Assembly (NCBI GenBank): GCA_951406725.2
Contig: OX597820.1
Coordinates: forward strand, 58,776,001-58,840,000
Reading direction: 5' to 3'
Source: Octopus vulgaris
Taxonomy: Eukaryota
DNA length: 64,000 bases
Shown: one piece after another, positions 15,484 through 29,944 of the stretch
Position numbering within the stretch: position 1 is the stretch's first letter
Layout: each line of letters opens with the position of its first letter
Notes under the pieces: model-generated
Told to the model about the DNA's origin: nothing
The model's database searches: none
Seen by the model: only the letters and a program-made list of their open reading frames with translations
Program-made: the position numbers and the translations under genes

Positions 15484-15848
15484 GCAAGCATGGCTGTGTA
15501 GTACGAAGCTTGCTTCCCAACCACATGGTTCTGGGTTCAGTCCACTGCGTGGCAAGTGTCTTCAAGCTGACCAAAGCCTTGTGAGTGGATTTGGTACACA
15601 CAAACTGAAAGAAGCTGCTGTATGTATGTATGTATATATATCTTTATTGGTATGTGTATTTATATCCCGACCATCGCTTCACAACTGATGTTGGTGTGTT
15701 TACACCTCTGTAACTTAGTGGTTCGGCAAAAGAGACCGACAGAATAAGTGCTGGGCTTACAAAGAATAAGTCCTGGGGTCGATTCGTTCGACTGAAGGTG
15801 GTGCTCCAGCATGGCTGCAACCAAATGACTGAAACAAGTAAAAAAAAA
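15484..15848 (+). mobile_element. SINE family B copy
   Basis: Head tggctgtgtagt...ggttcagtcc, central microsatellite, 3' tail ggtgctccagcatggc...gactgaaacaagtaaaa. Confidence 0.8.
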
Positions 15849-16829
15849 TGTATAAAGCTATTCACTTGATAATTGAAGCTCATCATTTCAAGCCAACAAA
15901 TTACTAGAAATAGTAACTAAATTTCATTCAAATCAAACCTAGCACCTTAAAAAAAAGAGGACATAGTGAACAAGGGTAATCCAGTAATTCTGTGGATGGA
16001 GAGAGAGAGTGCTGTGTGTGGATGCTCAGAGCTAGAATGCTGTGGAATGCTGCATAATCAAAACAGATTTGGGAACAATCACCAACAGCCTGTCACCAAA
16101 TATATTTAACACCTGCTTGTCTACTGACCAAAATAATCTTTGTTATTGAAAACTTTACACTCTCCCATTTTCACTACTGTCTCTCTTATTCCTGAAACAG
16201 TTACATATCTCAGTGTGCCCTGTTTCACATCCAACATTTCAAGCTAAATATTTAGACACACTGACTTCTCCCTACATATCAATCAAAATGTAATCTGGAG
16301 AATTTTAGAGCAATACTTTCCTTAACTTTCGAGTAACTCTCAGCCAGCTGACCTATGTTGAAAGGTATTTCATCCAGTCACAGAAAACATTTTTCAGACA
16401 TTGTATATCTAGTACTACCATTAGTCAATGGATCTCTCTTAAAAGATAGAAGTGGGATTTGGCTGCTATTTCTAAATCAAGTGACTGCTAAGAGGCTACG
16501 TCATTGGCCATCTTGGAATGTCAGCTATCACAGGATGTGCTACCCAAAATATGTTTCCAGGCAGAGAATGGGGTATTAATTTAGGGCCTTGTAGAGAACA
16601 AGTAATTTCTGTGATAAGAAAGCCAAGTTCTTTTGATATTTTTCTGACATTTCAACAATAGTACAATTGGAATAGAAGAGAAATCCTAATGTGCAAAATA
16701 AGTAGTTTATTTGAAGTAGGAGAATGAAGAAATCCATGATAGCAAGAATAAAAAATCTCCATTTAAACTCAAGCCAATCAAAACTTTGTGAGAGTATTTG
16801 GGAAATAGAAACTGAAAGAAATTCATCAT

Positions 16830-16861
<32 letters not shown>

Positions 16862-18436
16862 ATACGTATCATCATCATCCATCATTTTAAATCTGGGTTT
16901 TGTCCCCGTTGATGGGGGTGGCCGGATCTACCTCAATGCCATAGCAACTGCCCTCACACCATCTTGCCTGGTTTTGGTTGTCCTCCTTTCTCAAGCCAAC
17001 CGTCCCAATTTCCTCCACATCTTCCTCACTTTTGCTGTCCATTTACCTGAAACTTTAGCACCCTATTCAGAACATGCTCCTCATACCTCCTCAAAACATA
17101 CCACTCCAATCCATTCCACTAATTCCTCCAACTGCAGCATCCCCATCAAGCCCCTCAGTCCTCCTCTTATCAAACAGCCTCATGCCACACATTTCTTTCA
17201 CCATTGCTCTCTCAGTCCTTCTCAAAATTGCCATGCATACATACATACACACGTAAGTGTAAGCCAAGTAATGAGCAGTAATAAGAACTATGACAAAAGA
17301 ATAAAGGATTATTTGATGAACTTCATTAGCTTACAGCTCTTTCTATTGCAAGATGCAGTGGGCTCATAGTTGAGTGCCTGAATAACATCTTATATCTTCA
17401 TCATTCTTTCTTATTATTGCTCTATACTCTGCTAACACTTTGTTCTGAAAGATAACGCATATTGAGTTCTACACTTGGTTGAACTCTTACAATGCCTAAA
17501 CAAAATATATATAGTCAATAAAAAAAAAACACAAAGGAAAACAAACAAACGTGTGGACAAAGCACAAGCAGTGTATTAATAAGATGCCCAGAGAAGGAAA
17601 ATAGGAGTTTTACATTTTGAGCATAGCTCTTCTTCAGAAACAGGAAAAACAGTAGAATCCAAGACGGATGAAAAGAAACACATGTTGGAATGTGTTGAAT
17701 TTGACTTTTTGAAACAGTGTTTTATGACCTGATGCCATTCTTGATGTACCCATAAAAAACCAAGAATGGAGTCTAGATTGGGCACAATGTATTATTGTAA
17801 GACTTGTGACAGATACCAGAGTCACATAAAAACATCCATTACACTCTTGGATTGGTTGGTGTTAGGAAGGGCGTCCAGCCATAGAAACCCTGCTAAATCA
17901 GACTGGAGTCTGGTGCAGCCTTCCAGATTGCTGGCCCTGGTCAAACTGTCTAACCCATGCCAGCATGGACAATGGATGCTAAATAATGATGATGAGGTGG
18001 CAGAGATGTAGGACGAGACTGAGATTAAGACAGCAGCAACAATCGAGTGAAAGAGAAGAGTATCTCTTATTATAAAAGGCAGATTTTATCTGCCTCCCTT
18101 TGTATCTTATAGAAATCTACAATATAGGATTTCTTCAATTACAATTTACCTAGCATTTTTAAGAGTAGAATGCACCGGGTCGTGCCAGGTCCAGTTTTTA
18201 AAATTTCAACCCCAATTAAGCAAAATTTAGAAAAAACTCACATTGTGGTGTATAAGTCAAATGCTTTTCTTAGTGCGGGCTACAGCACACGCAAACGCAC
18301 ACACACAGTGTGCAACGAATAAAGTGAAAGTAATTCACTTTTTGTAGTGAGTGACACTTTCACTCTGCCTCCCACTTCCTCTTTACACACATAGACACGC
18401 AAATATATAAATAAAATTGTAAGCTAACGTGCGTGT

Positions 18437-18480
<44 letters not shown>

Positions 18481-18522
18481 GAGCGTGTGTGTGTGTGTGC
18501 GTGTGTGTGAGTGTGTGACAGG

Positions 18523-19197
18523 AAAGTTTTTTACGACGAATATAAAACCTATATCCAAGTAGCAGAAAGATCGCCCAAAAGTGTATATAGATATTTAAAT
18601 GTATTTATATATTCATCTATACACAGATGTATGTATAATGTGTGTGTATATATTTCCATAGAGGTAACCTTTCACTCCATACAAAGTTTTTTAGGACGAA
18701 TATAAGATCTAAAGAATATACAAGTAGCAGAAAGATCGCCCAAAAGTGTATATAGATATTTAAATGTATTTATATATTCATCTATACACAGATGTATGTA
18801 TAATGTGTGTGTATATATTTCTATAGACGTAACCATTCACTCCGCACAAAGTTTTTTAGGACGAAAATAAGATCTAAAGTTATCTCTAAGTAGCACAAAG
18901 ATCGCCCAAAAGTGTATATAGATATATAAATGTATTTATATATTCATCTATGCACACATGTATGTATAACGTGTGTGTATATATTTCCATAGAGGTAACC
19001 ATTCACTCCATACAAAGTTTTTTAGGACGAAAATAAGATCTAAAGTTATCTCTAAGAAACAGAAAGATCGCCCAAAAGTGTATATAGATATTTAAATGTA
19101 TTTATATATTCAACTATACACACATGTATGTATAATGTGCGTGTATATATTGCCATAGAGGTAACCATTCAATCCATACAAAGTTTTTTAGGACGAA
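18523..19197 (+). repeat. 165-166 bp tandem repeat, about 4 units, inside Helitron B
   Basis: Motif agtagcagaaagatcgcccaaaagtg recurs at 18558, 18723, 18889 and 19055. Confidence 0.92.
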
Positions 19198-19449
19198 CAT
19201 ATTTATATATAAAAGAAAGGTTGTGTGTCTGTCTACTCCGATTTAGATTCCTAACTACTCCCACATTTTGCGATGCAGTTTAACCAAAACCGGGTATCTT
19301 ATAGTCGTGATTCATATCGAGCCCTTCTGGGTATTAGCGCGCGTCTACGATGAGTCTATGATTTTACAAATAATTTACCATCATTTTTTTCCATTTTAAT
19401 GCATATTTTTTTTAAATAAAGGGAAGTAACTCTCAAACTTCACACCAAT

Positions 19450-19971
19450 ATGCGTGCTCATATGCGACGTAATATCACATCAGCAGCATTTCCTCACACC
19501 CTCCTTGCACTTGGCGAAGGCAAAATACCAGGGGATGAAAATGGTAATATTGCTATCGATTCCATTTGTAACATTGTTAAGACGCCTTCTGATCTCAGAG
19601 ATGCAGTGTTCCCAGATCTACAAGCTAATTATCAGAATATGGATTGGATTGGCAAAAAGGCTATACTGGCCCCGAGGAATAAAACTGTTCACCATATTAA
19701 TGATGAAATGCTAAAACTCATTCCTGGGGAAGTCTATGTATATCAGTCTATCGATACAACTCCTGACCCAGAGGACGTCATCAACTATCCAATAGAGGTA
19801 CTCAATTCCTTTGAGCACCCCGGACTACCACCACACTTTCTCAAACTTAAAGTTGGTGCCCCTATAATGCTCATCAGAAATTTGGTTCCCCCAAAACAAT
19901 GCAATGGCACACGTTTGATTGTTAAGTCCTTATCTCCCACCGTAAACTTATATCAATATTTGCCTGAATAA
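19450..19971 (+). pseudogene. PIF1-family (Helitron RepHel) helicase internal fragment
   Basis: Motifs AILAPRN, YPIEVLNS, GLPPHFLKLKVGAPIMLIRNL and CNGTRLIV are typical of the Helitron helicase 2B region. Lacks Walker A and the Rep domain. Confidence 0.9.
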
Positions 19972-22084
19972 TCATCATAATTCAGTGCAATCATTAACAG
20001 TACTTTCAAGCAATTCAGCCCCGAGCAACACCGGGCAATTCTGCTAGTTCTAAATATAATTGGCCATGGCACATGAGAAAATATGACAGAAATTAAGCAC
20101 GCATTAATTTATGCTACTGAGACTACTGGCCACTACTACTAAGATTTTACTACTACTGCCACTTAGTTAAGCTGGGCAAAGCATTTACCTCCCCTTGACT
20201 CATTTTCATCTGACAGTGGAAAATTGATACCAACCTATTTCACAGAATAGGTCAAGCAACAAAGTTAAAAACTTCAAGTTAACCACCTCATTCATGAAAT
20301 CGTATAAAAATAGATGTTAAAAATGAAATGGGTGTACATACAAAAAAAATACAAAACCGAGAAGAGAATATGATCCATTCCAAATACTTGGTCAAGTGAA
20401 ACAAAAACAAGTTTCATCATATTTATAATTTACTATTATAAAAGTTTACAACAACTATATATTTGGCTGTATGTACATGAGAGTATTCATTTGTTATACA
20501 TTTGCTTTTCCATGTCACCCTGGGTTAAGATGACTATATTATTGAGGTACTGTTTTCCAAATGGATGCCTTTCTTGGTCAATTTGTGTTTACATGTGTCT
20601 GTATGTGTGCATGTACACACACACACATACATACATAAATCTTTATTGTTTTTAATCAGTACAATGTTACAAAAAGTTACACAAAAAAGTGACCGCCAGA
20701 ATGGAGTAAGTCGAGCAAGAACACACATGGAAACGAAAAGTATTTCTGAAGAGGTCACAGATGTGTGATAAAAGATTTCCGGACAACAGACAGGCATTAA
20801 AATAATAACAGTAATAAACGAGTGAAGAAAAAAAGTGCTCCAGCATGGCCACAGTCAAATGACTGAAACAAGTAAAAGAATATATAGTGCGTGTGTTTAT
20901 TTGGTAAAAAAATAATAATAAATAAAATGACCATCCCAAAAAACATCTATTTCAACACATGATTTCACATCAGGAATCTTGCAAACGAACTGATATACAT
21001 TTATATATAACAAAAAGCAGGTGTAATAGTTTGACACTTGGGAAAGTGAGAACGTCTTTTACGTTTCGAGCCTATGCTCTTCAACAGAAAGGAATATGAG
21101 GAAATAAACATATATATATATATATAGGCATGACTGTGTGGTAAAAAGCTTGCTTCTCGGCCACATTGTTCCGGATTCAGTCCCATAACGTGGCACCTTA
21201 GGCTGACCAAAGCCTTGTGAGTGGATCTGGTCGATGGAAACTAAAAGAAGCCTATCATATATATATTGTTGCTATTATGTTAAACTGTCATATGTCCAAA
21301 TTTGGCCAAATGTGTATTTTTCAATATTTAATTTGGCTTGTAATAACCAGATTTTTGGTCAAACTATTATCTCCAGCTCCTTCAAATGAGAATTGTCAAA
21401 GTGTAGTACAAATGGTATAGCATTTTTCAAAAGTGTAGTAAGCCCCACATACGACAGTTTTGCAAAAATATTTCTGACAGGAAACATTCATGGAGTTATG
21501 ATTTTATGCAACCAACAATGTATTACTGTTAAGCTGAAACTATTACTAATGTAAAAAGAAATGGAATAGTGAAACTATTTTTTTGTTTTCTGAAAAAGCA
21601 ATGTTTTGTACTTACAACACTTTTGCATAATAATGATATATATATTTATGTGAGCGTGTCTTTGCCCTGCCCACCAGAAAGAAGCCTGTCACATATATAT
21701 ATGTATGCTTGTGTGTATGTATGTGTTTGTACCCAATGCTAGTGTGTTTACGTCTCCTGTAATTTAGCATTTTGGCATAAGAGACCACTGGAATAATACT
21801 AGGTTTACAAAGAATAAGTCTTGGGTCAATTTTTTTCAACTAAATCCCTTCAAGGTGGTGTTTCAGCATGGCTGCAGTCAAATAATTGAAAAACATAAAT
21901 GAATAAAAGAATATAACCAGACACACTTAGGTGACCTTAATATGTATCTTTTCAATGTTGATTTGTAAATTGACACACTATTCAGATATAGAAAGTGTGT
22001 GTGTGTGTTTTATGAAAGGGCATGACATCTGGACAAAAATCTCTAACATAAACCTTCCTTGTCAGTGACATAACAATAAAACTA

Positions 22085-22127
<43 letters not shown>

Positions 22128-22135
22128 CGTATTAT

Positions 22136-22526
22136 GGAGCAAATGTAAGGACAACCAAGTTCGGCAAGTTGGTATACAAAAAAATATTAAATACATTCAA
22201 TACAAAAAATGTAAATACATATACATATAAAAAAGACAGAATATAAATGACAACATTTCAAATGTAAATTTCTTCCCTGAAGACGGTTGCTGGTAGTATC
22301 CAATTATGGAATCAAGTTACAATCATTATTTTGGACCACCAAGCCCTCAGAAACAGTTGATGGACTCATAAAACTCTTACTCAACCCCTTTAATTCCTGA
22401 TATTATTTATATTCTTTACATCAGACTTTTTTTATATGCATACATATGTACATTTTTTTGTATTAAATGCATTTAATATTTTTTGTATATCGACTTGCCT
22501 AACTCACTTGTCCTTACATTTGCTCC
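22136..22526. repeat. Imperfect inverted repeat (~100-bp arms), Penelope-like terminal remnant
   Basis: 22136-22240 (ggagcaaatgtaaggacaa...) is the reverse complement of 22423-22526 (...ttgtccttacatttgctcc). The spacer contains CTGAAGA...GAAACAGTT. Confidence 0.7.
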
Positions 22527-23261
22527 TCTACCTGCTCAAGTTCAAATCCCTTGAGCACTATGAAGTGTATTCTATACAGAGATTACCTGTCTCTAACCTA
22601 TAAATTATATATATATATCTGATGTGCATGCATGTGTGTGTTGTGTTGACGTTAAATGATTAGTTGTAAACAAATGTTACCATCATACAAATTGTGTTTC
22701 ATTCTTCTTCCATGAAAATATGTCTGGTCATGGGAAAATATAAAATATTACTTTACTTGGAAACAGGTGAAGGTTGGCATCCAGGAAGACATCCAGTCAT
22801 TGAAAATTCACAACAAAAATTGTATCTGATCCATGTAAAAATGGATGTTAAAATGATGATGTGAAAGACAATTTTCCTTTTGTTTTACCTTCATTGACTT
22901 CACAAGAGAAACAGATCTGCTGCAGATGGTGGGGATCGACTGACTTGAGAACTAGGAATCATTATGAATCCAAACTTTTTAGGGCCACCATGAGGGTACT
23001 GGATATTGTCTGAAATAATATCTAAAGGCTCTACAGATATTTTTCATATTAGTAATGATTTTCTTTGACCGGTATAAAATCAGTTTTGGTCTATGTGGTT
23101 GCAGTTAATATATAGAAGTCAGACTTCATTTTGGCAGCATCTAAACTCAATATAAAGTTTTTTTTTTACAAGTTTTGAAAAGTTCTTCTCATGTGAACGA
23201 GGCTTCTTGGCCAAATAATGAGGTATTTTCAAAATATGCTGAGTCTTGTTTTGAGAAAGCT

Positions 23262-23470
23262 ATAATAATCCTTTCTACTCTAGGCGTAAGGCCTGAAATT
23301 TGGGGGAGGGGCCTTGTCGACTTCATCGACCCCAGTGCATAACAGGTACTTATTTAATCGACACCGAAATGATGAAAGGCAAAGTCGACCCTGGCGAAAT
23401 TTGAACTCAGAATGAAATACCACTAAGCATTTTGCCTGGTGTGCTAACGATTTTGCTAGGCTACCGCCTT
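23262..23470 (-). mobile_element. SINE family D (Meta-domain-like core)
   Basis: Core gtcgactttgcctttcatc...gtcgat...taagtacc on the minus strand. Other copies at ~25340-25566 -, 34430-34540 - and 35415-35630 +. Confidence 0.75.
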
Positions 23471-24718
23471 TGAGAAAGCTATAATAATGATGGCAATGAT
23501 GATGATGATGATGATGATAATAATGATGATGATAATGATGATAGTGAAGCATTAGGGGAGGAGGAAGCAGCAAAGGAGAAGAAAGAGGAAGAGGAGGAAA
23601 AGGAGATTATTGATGAAGATGCAAGCAAAATATTTTTTTAAAAAACCAACGAAATCACGTGCAGAGATGCTGTATCCAAGAAGGACTAATGCATCAGCTA
23701 GTGACCTACCTTTTGAGTTGTATTCCATGAACGAGAAGTCTGTTGAAAGTTTGGTTTCTTTTGCAAGTACTTCTGCTGTGGACTTCGGTGGGTTTAGTGT
23801 GGATTAGAGAAAAGAGAGGATAAAAACATTTTAGAATGTTATGTTTTAAATAAGATTAGCTGCCAAGAAATCAAATGGGAAGGAGGGAATTGGAGAATGA
23901 GGGGTAGAGAGAGAGAGAAAGAGAGACACACAAACACACAAACACATGCGAACATACACGCAAACACACACACACACATATATGATGGGCTTCTTTCAGT
24001 TTCCAAATCTACTCATGAGGCTTTGGTTAGCCTAAGGTTATAGTAGAAGACACTTGCCCAAGGTGCCATGCAATGGGACTGAATCTGGAACCATGTGGTT
24101 GGTAAGCAAGCTACTTACCACACAGCCACTACTACACCTTATATATATATATATATAAATGCATACATGTGTGCAGACAAAATTTTACTTTACACAAGTT
24201 TTATCTTTCTTTGCAAGTATGTGTTCATCCATGCAAATAACCATCTCTCAAATATCATACGGACGACCTAAGCAAATGCATGCCATTTTATTTTTGTGCT
24301 CATTGCCTGCACCCACAGTAAAACAATTAGAAGGAACGTTGTCTGTAAATTACTTTGGGATTCACTGAAGTTTTCCCTTTGAAGAACTCAATCTTGTCAG
24401 TAACAATGTGACAAGATTCTTTTGTTTAAATCAAGATAATTCTTAGACTTTGTAGTTATCTAAATTGATTTATACATATATATAAGTATGTGTGTGTGTG
24501 TTTGTGTGGCTAAACTTGTACTCGATTAGAGAGTTTGCTTTGTTATTGTTTATACAAGGTGTGTATGCATGTGTATTACATGTGCATATGTAACTATTTG
24601 TATATGTTCCCCCAGCTATCTCAAATGAAGAATCACTGAAATATTTTGTATGCATGTATACATGTATGTTAACTTGGAACAGTGGATAGAAAAATGATTT
24701 TGTTGAGGTAAAAGTTAC

Positions 24719-24875
24719 CTTTATATCTGAAAGTTCATTGTAGAAAAGCTTGTTATAATTAATGTTTTCTTTATTCCAGGAGCAATAAGTTAACCCTTTG
24801 TAGTCACACTCTATATATGAAGGGCACATATCAGGTTGAACAGAGAGGGACAAATAGTTTTTCAACAGACGTTTC
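24719..24875 (-). CDS. Candidate internal exon of an unidentified host gene (KRLLKNYLSLSVQPDMCPSYIECDYKG...ELSDIK)
   Basis: Polypyrimidine tract with ttgacag acceptor, aag|gtaact donor, 157 bp open frame in non-repetitive sequence. Confidence 0.5.
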
Positions 24876-27800
24876 CTGTCAAATAAAATAAAAGCAACAT
24901 AGTTAAATGTGGTAAAGAAAATTCTCTCTAGAAATTCCCTTACTAGGACTATGTATTTGGATTGTGAAATTTTGAGATTCCATGATCCAAATTAGAAATG
25001 AAATATCTCAAGGTATAATATGAAAGGTCACAGCTCTGGTACTACTGTCATATGATTAGAAAGTCACAGGAAAGAATTGCAAAATGGATACTTCAGGCCA
25101 AGCCAACTGGCAGGTGACCTAGGTAAGCCCAAGACCAAGTTGATTGGATAATATCCATGGTTTCAGTTGGTCATGCTTGGGAATCCACTTGGAAAGTTTA
25201 ATAATGGCTGCTTCTAACAGGACCCTGTTGAGAAGGTGCTATTGAGAAGTATATATTCTTCTAATATCCTATTACACACAATTACAATATTTCAATGTAT
25301 TGAGGACAGTGTCATATGCTCTCCAAGTTCAATCCCTCTCTTATTTCTTTACTGCCCACAAGGGGCTACACACAGAGGGGACAAACAAGGAGAGACAAAT
25401 GGATTAAATCGATTACATCGACTCCAGTGCATAACTGGTACTTATTTAATTGACCCTGAAAGGATGAAAGGCAAAGTCAACCTCGGTGGAATTTGAACTC
25501 AGAATGTAAAAAGAGACGAAATACCGCTAAGCATTTCTGCTAATGTTTCTGCCAGCTCGCCGCCTTTTCAATCCCTCTCTGTGACACGAAAGACTGTTGT
25601 AACATGAGTTCCTTACCTTTCATACTCTTTTAAATTCAGTGACAACAAAACAGGAAGTCCTATTCTGTTGCTTGCTTGGAACTTCTTATCATTTCCAATA
25701 TGTAGATATGGCAGTGGAAAAATGAGTCGATTGAAAGTGAAAACTGTTTTTGATTGGTTGCAGTAAAAATTAACCTAAAAAGACAACCAATATAACAACA
25801 TTTCAAGTATTTAAAACATACATCAATTGAAATTGTTGGAAATATTTATATTTTTCATGAAAAAGGAAAGTAACATGGGTAACCCACTTTACATCCTAAT
25901 ATGAGATGATTTAAATTTAGTCACTTGGATCTACAACAGCTGCAACCAAAATATCCTCAAATCATAACTAACTATCTTAAAAGTAAGCTCATTAAATCAT
26001 GTAGTCTGAGGTACACTATGCTCACATATAATAAAGAAATAATTCAAAATCAAAATCGATCAACATCAATGGAAATTGTAGCTGTGATACCAGTGCCGGT
26101 GGCACATAAGAGAACCATCCAAACGTGGCCGTTGCCAGCGCCGCCCCGACTGGCCTCCGTGCTGGTGGCACATAAAAAGCACCATCCGATTCTGGCTGTT
26201 TGCCAGCCTCGTCTGGCACCTGTGCCAGTGGCATGTAAAAAGCACCCATTGCACTCATGGAGTGGCTGGCGTTAGGAAGTGAAATGTTTGAATGATTTTT
26301 GTAAAAAGTCTGAATGATTAGGATTGACTTAAGGCAAAACAACAATGTTAACTTGATTAAATTTTAAACAAGGTTTCACTTGTAACTATTCCCAAACCAT
26401 ATGAGAAAAATCTTCATTAATTCATCCTGTAAATTCTAATATTAATCCCTGATTTTACTACAAGGGACTAAAGAGTGCAGAAGGCTTACTGAATAGGATA
26501 ACAGATGTCTAGGAAACTGGGCAAGACACCACCAGTTCACATGCTATGCTTGTAGTCAGGACACTAGACTGTAAAATAGCTTCAGTCAACTTAACAAAAT
26601 ATTTACCATGGCCTAGAAACAATTTATTGTGTTCAAGGCTAGGATAATAATTCAGAGATGATTCAGTCTACTAAGCTGTATATAGTTAGCAAAGGTAGAA
26701 TCAAGTTCAGGACACTAATTCACAACTGATCCAGTCCACCTGAATGTAAACAGGTTATGCAAGATAAGAACAACTTGTGCCCAAGGCCAAGACACTAATT
26801 CACAGGTGGCCCAGTCTACTCAGCTGTAAACAGGTTAATGGGTAATGCAGGGGAGGAACAATCCCTTGCTCCAAGCAACAAAAGAACTGTTGATTTGACA
26901 ACTGATTCATTAACTTGCAGAAATGAATTTAACCCTTTTTGTGGAATAGAGAAAAAGCTACTGACCTAAGATGGTGTAGCACCCTGTCAAGGTCATATAT
27001 ACCTCTCATCCACATAAGGTAATGAAACAGGTGATTAAGCACCAGGTATATGAGATTATTGTGACTCAGAGGGATTAACATTGAGTGACCACATTTTTGT
27101 ATTGTAGTTTCAAGATTACTGACTCATTGTAACTTCACACAGAAATATTTGTAGCTCTTTTCAGAATCTCATCTTCTTACCCAAGTAAGACAAATACATT
27201 GAGATGATTATTCATTAATTTATTAGACCAGATAGTGCATGCATCAACATTAGTCATCATTCAGTACAATTTCAATAGTTTTTATTGATATTAAATGACA
27301 AACAACAAAAATAAACTGTCAATCAATTATATATGCAAATTGGTATAACAAATTTCAGCCTGTGCCATGAAGATAAAGGTAAAACAGAAGACAAGCATTC
27401 CCTGACTTCTTCCAGACAGAAATTATTTTCCATCTATGAGCAATGTTTCACTTCATAAAATGTTTGATTTATATAGCTTGGGCTATGTCATGCTGATAAT
27501 TTTTTAAATGAATGAAATAGTACTATGCATGATTAGCACTGACTAGAAATTTTAAGATCTCCATAATAAGAAAGCAGCAAACAAAAAAACAAACAACCCC
27601 CCCCTCAAATATGTGTATTCTGTGCATTTTTACCTTATTCCTTAATTTTAAATTCAAACTTCTAATTCCACCACATATAATAAAGAAATAATTATCTTCC
27701 TTGTACTAACAGTCTGCTTGGAGACACCATATGTTTGCAAACAGTTGAAGACGGTACTCACAGCGAAACCCCAAAATAGTTTGAAACATTCTTCTATCCA

Positions 27801-28477
27801 TCAATATATTGTACATAAAGATGTGTTTACACCTGCCTAAACGTAGCATTGTTTAAAAATCTATGGATATATTCTGTAGTACAGTATAACATTGAGACAG
27901 AAAATATCTGAGAAATTCATTTGACATTTTACGACCCCATTGTTGTTATTATTGATGGTGTTATTATTGTTGTCATTGATATTTAGTTTAACTGGGCAGT
28001 CGTATATTTAGACAATCATCTTGTATTTGGATAATCAGCCAAGAGCTGTTCTGTGTTATGATTTACTTGAGGTCAAAACTCTTATCTCTAAATGGCTGAG
28101 CTGGTTTAGTAGCATGAAGTACTGCTTGCTGGGAAGTATGATTTTTCTCTAAATAATGTTTGCAAAGCAAAATTAGTAAATGATCCAGAGATTTGTGTCT
28201 CCTTTCTCTCATGGAAAATGTTATTTGCCACCAAGTAACATGTTATCGAGAGGAAAATATGCATCTCACTTGCTTCAAACCTGAGAAATAGGATATAAAC
28301 CCATGAAGGTCTATGAATGGAAAGAAAATATGCAACCTGTTCCATTCAATATGTTATTTATGGGTGAACTGAGTCTGACTTTGCACAAGGGTGAGTAAGA
28401 AAGTTATGCAATTTTTAATTGTATTACATAATGACTCTTGTATGTATGGGGGTGAAGTGAAAAATAATGTAAGCAAG

Positions 28478-28890
28478 CAAGAGTGGCTTTGTCGTAAGTA
28501 GCTTGCTTACCAACCACATGGTTCCGGGTTCAGTCGCACTGCGTGGCACCTTGGGCAAGTGTCTTCTACTATAGCCTCAGGCCGACTAAAGCCTTGTGAG
28601 TGGATTTGGCAGACAGAAACTGAAAGAAGCTCGTCATATGTATGTATATATATATATATATATATGTGTATATGTTTGTGTGTCTGTGATTGTCCCCCCA
28701 ACATCACTTGACAACCGATGCTGGTGTGTTTACGCTCCCGTAACATAGTGATTCGGCAAAAGAGACCGATAGAATAAGTTCTAGGCTTCCAAAGAATATG
28801 CCCTGGGGTCGATTTGCTCAACTAAAGGCGGTGCTCCAGCATGGCCACAGTCAAATGACGGAAACAAGTAAAAGAGAGTAAAAGAAAAGA
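28478..28890 (+). mobile_element. SINE family B, full length
   Basis: tRNA-like head, CORE-like ccttgggcaagtgtctt, central (TA)/(TG), LINE-like 3' tail and (AAAAGAG) repeats. Confidence 0.85.
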
Positions 28891-29058
28891 GAGTAAGCAT
28901 CGCATTACTTTCTGACTGACCATTTTAATAATGTGCCTCTATCTAAATGGAATCTTAATGAATCCATACATAAACTGTGTTCAACACGTCTGTGAACAGC
29001 TGATGTCTCAGTGATTCACCCATAGGATATGAATAAAGAATAAAACCTTTGTACTTAC

Positions 29059-29215
29059 TTCACGTTGAAGGTATTCTATTTTAACCAGTAGGACAGTAGG
29101 TTGTCTGAAGTAGTCTGTTTTTAGAATGACTATTTCCTGTACAATACCATTTACTGATGTTACAGCTCTATTGACGAAACTCTGAAGTGGAAACGACACA
29201 ATATGTGCTAAATGC
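29059..29215 (-). CDS. Candidate internal exon (HLAHIVSFPLQSFVNRAV...KIEYLQRE)
   Basis: tatttcag acceptor, gaa|gtaagt consensus donor, 157 bp, only one frame open. Confidence 0.55.
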
Positions 29216-29414
29216 CTGAAATATAACATTTTGATTTATGTTTTATTCCATCAAACCCATTCAATATTTATCTATTGAAATTTTTTCTCATTTTGCCAAT
29301 TTACACGTTATTATTATTTCAACTAAGCACAACTCAGTGCCTTGGATGTGTTTACAGTGTTGATTTGATGTATTGAGTCACCCCATCAATAATGTGGGTT
29401 TTTTTCAAATTGCA

Positions 29415-29810
29415 GTGAGCTGGCAGAATCGTTAGCATGCTGGGCGAAATGCTTTGTGGTATTTCGTCCGCCGCTGCATTCTGAGTTCAAATTCCGCCTA
29501 GGTCAACTTTGCCTTTCATCCTTTCGGGGTTGATTAAATAAGTACCAGTTACACACTGGGATCGATATAATCGACTTAATCCGTTTGTCTTTCCTTGTTT
29601 GTCCTCTCTGTGTTTAGCCCCTTGTGGGTAGTAAAGAAATAGATATTTTGTCTGTCATTAAGTTCTGAGTTCAAATTCCACCGAAGTCGTCTTTGTCTTT
29701 CATCCTTCCTGGGTCAATAAATTAAGTACCAGTTGCATACTGGGGTCGATCTAATCAACTGGCCTCTTCCCCCAAAATTTCAGGCCTTGTGCCTAGAGTA
29801 GAAAAGAATT
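29415..29810 (+). mobile_element. SINE family D, dimeric
   Basis: Two consecutive ttctgagttcaaattcc...ctttcatcctt...taagtaccagtt modules. Similar dimers at 47845-48192 - and 55625-56025 -. Confidence 0.8.
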
Positions 29811-29944
29811 GCACAAACTAAATGTTGCAGGGGGACAGGATGAACTAACTGCATCAACTTGCTATAAAAGTAGGTAACAATTTTACATTGTCCTTATTCT
29901 TAGTAAAAGTTTTAAAAGTTTGATTTTAACAGTTATTTTTTCAA

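Larger units (their letters stand above)
18063..20047 (+). mobile_element. Helitron family B deletion derivative (probably chimeric) with helicase fragment
   Basis: A|TC start at 18062/18063 (TCTCTTATTATAAAA). Hairpin CCCG-AGCAACAC-CGGG at 20020-20035, then CTAG|T at 20044-20048. Contains an internal PIF1-like ORF. Confidence 0.8.

Noticed and set aside
18523-19197. 166-bp repeats as a CRISPR or centromeric array
   Set aside because: Only about 4 contiguous units, no spacers, and confined within Helitron termini.
24470-24865. Assignment of the candidate exons to a CatSper auxiliary subunit based on FFYPLF
   Set aside because: A short motif only, probably lying past the splice donor, and no other exon supports it.
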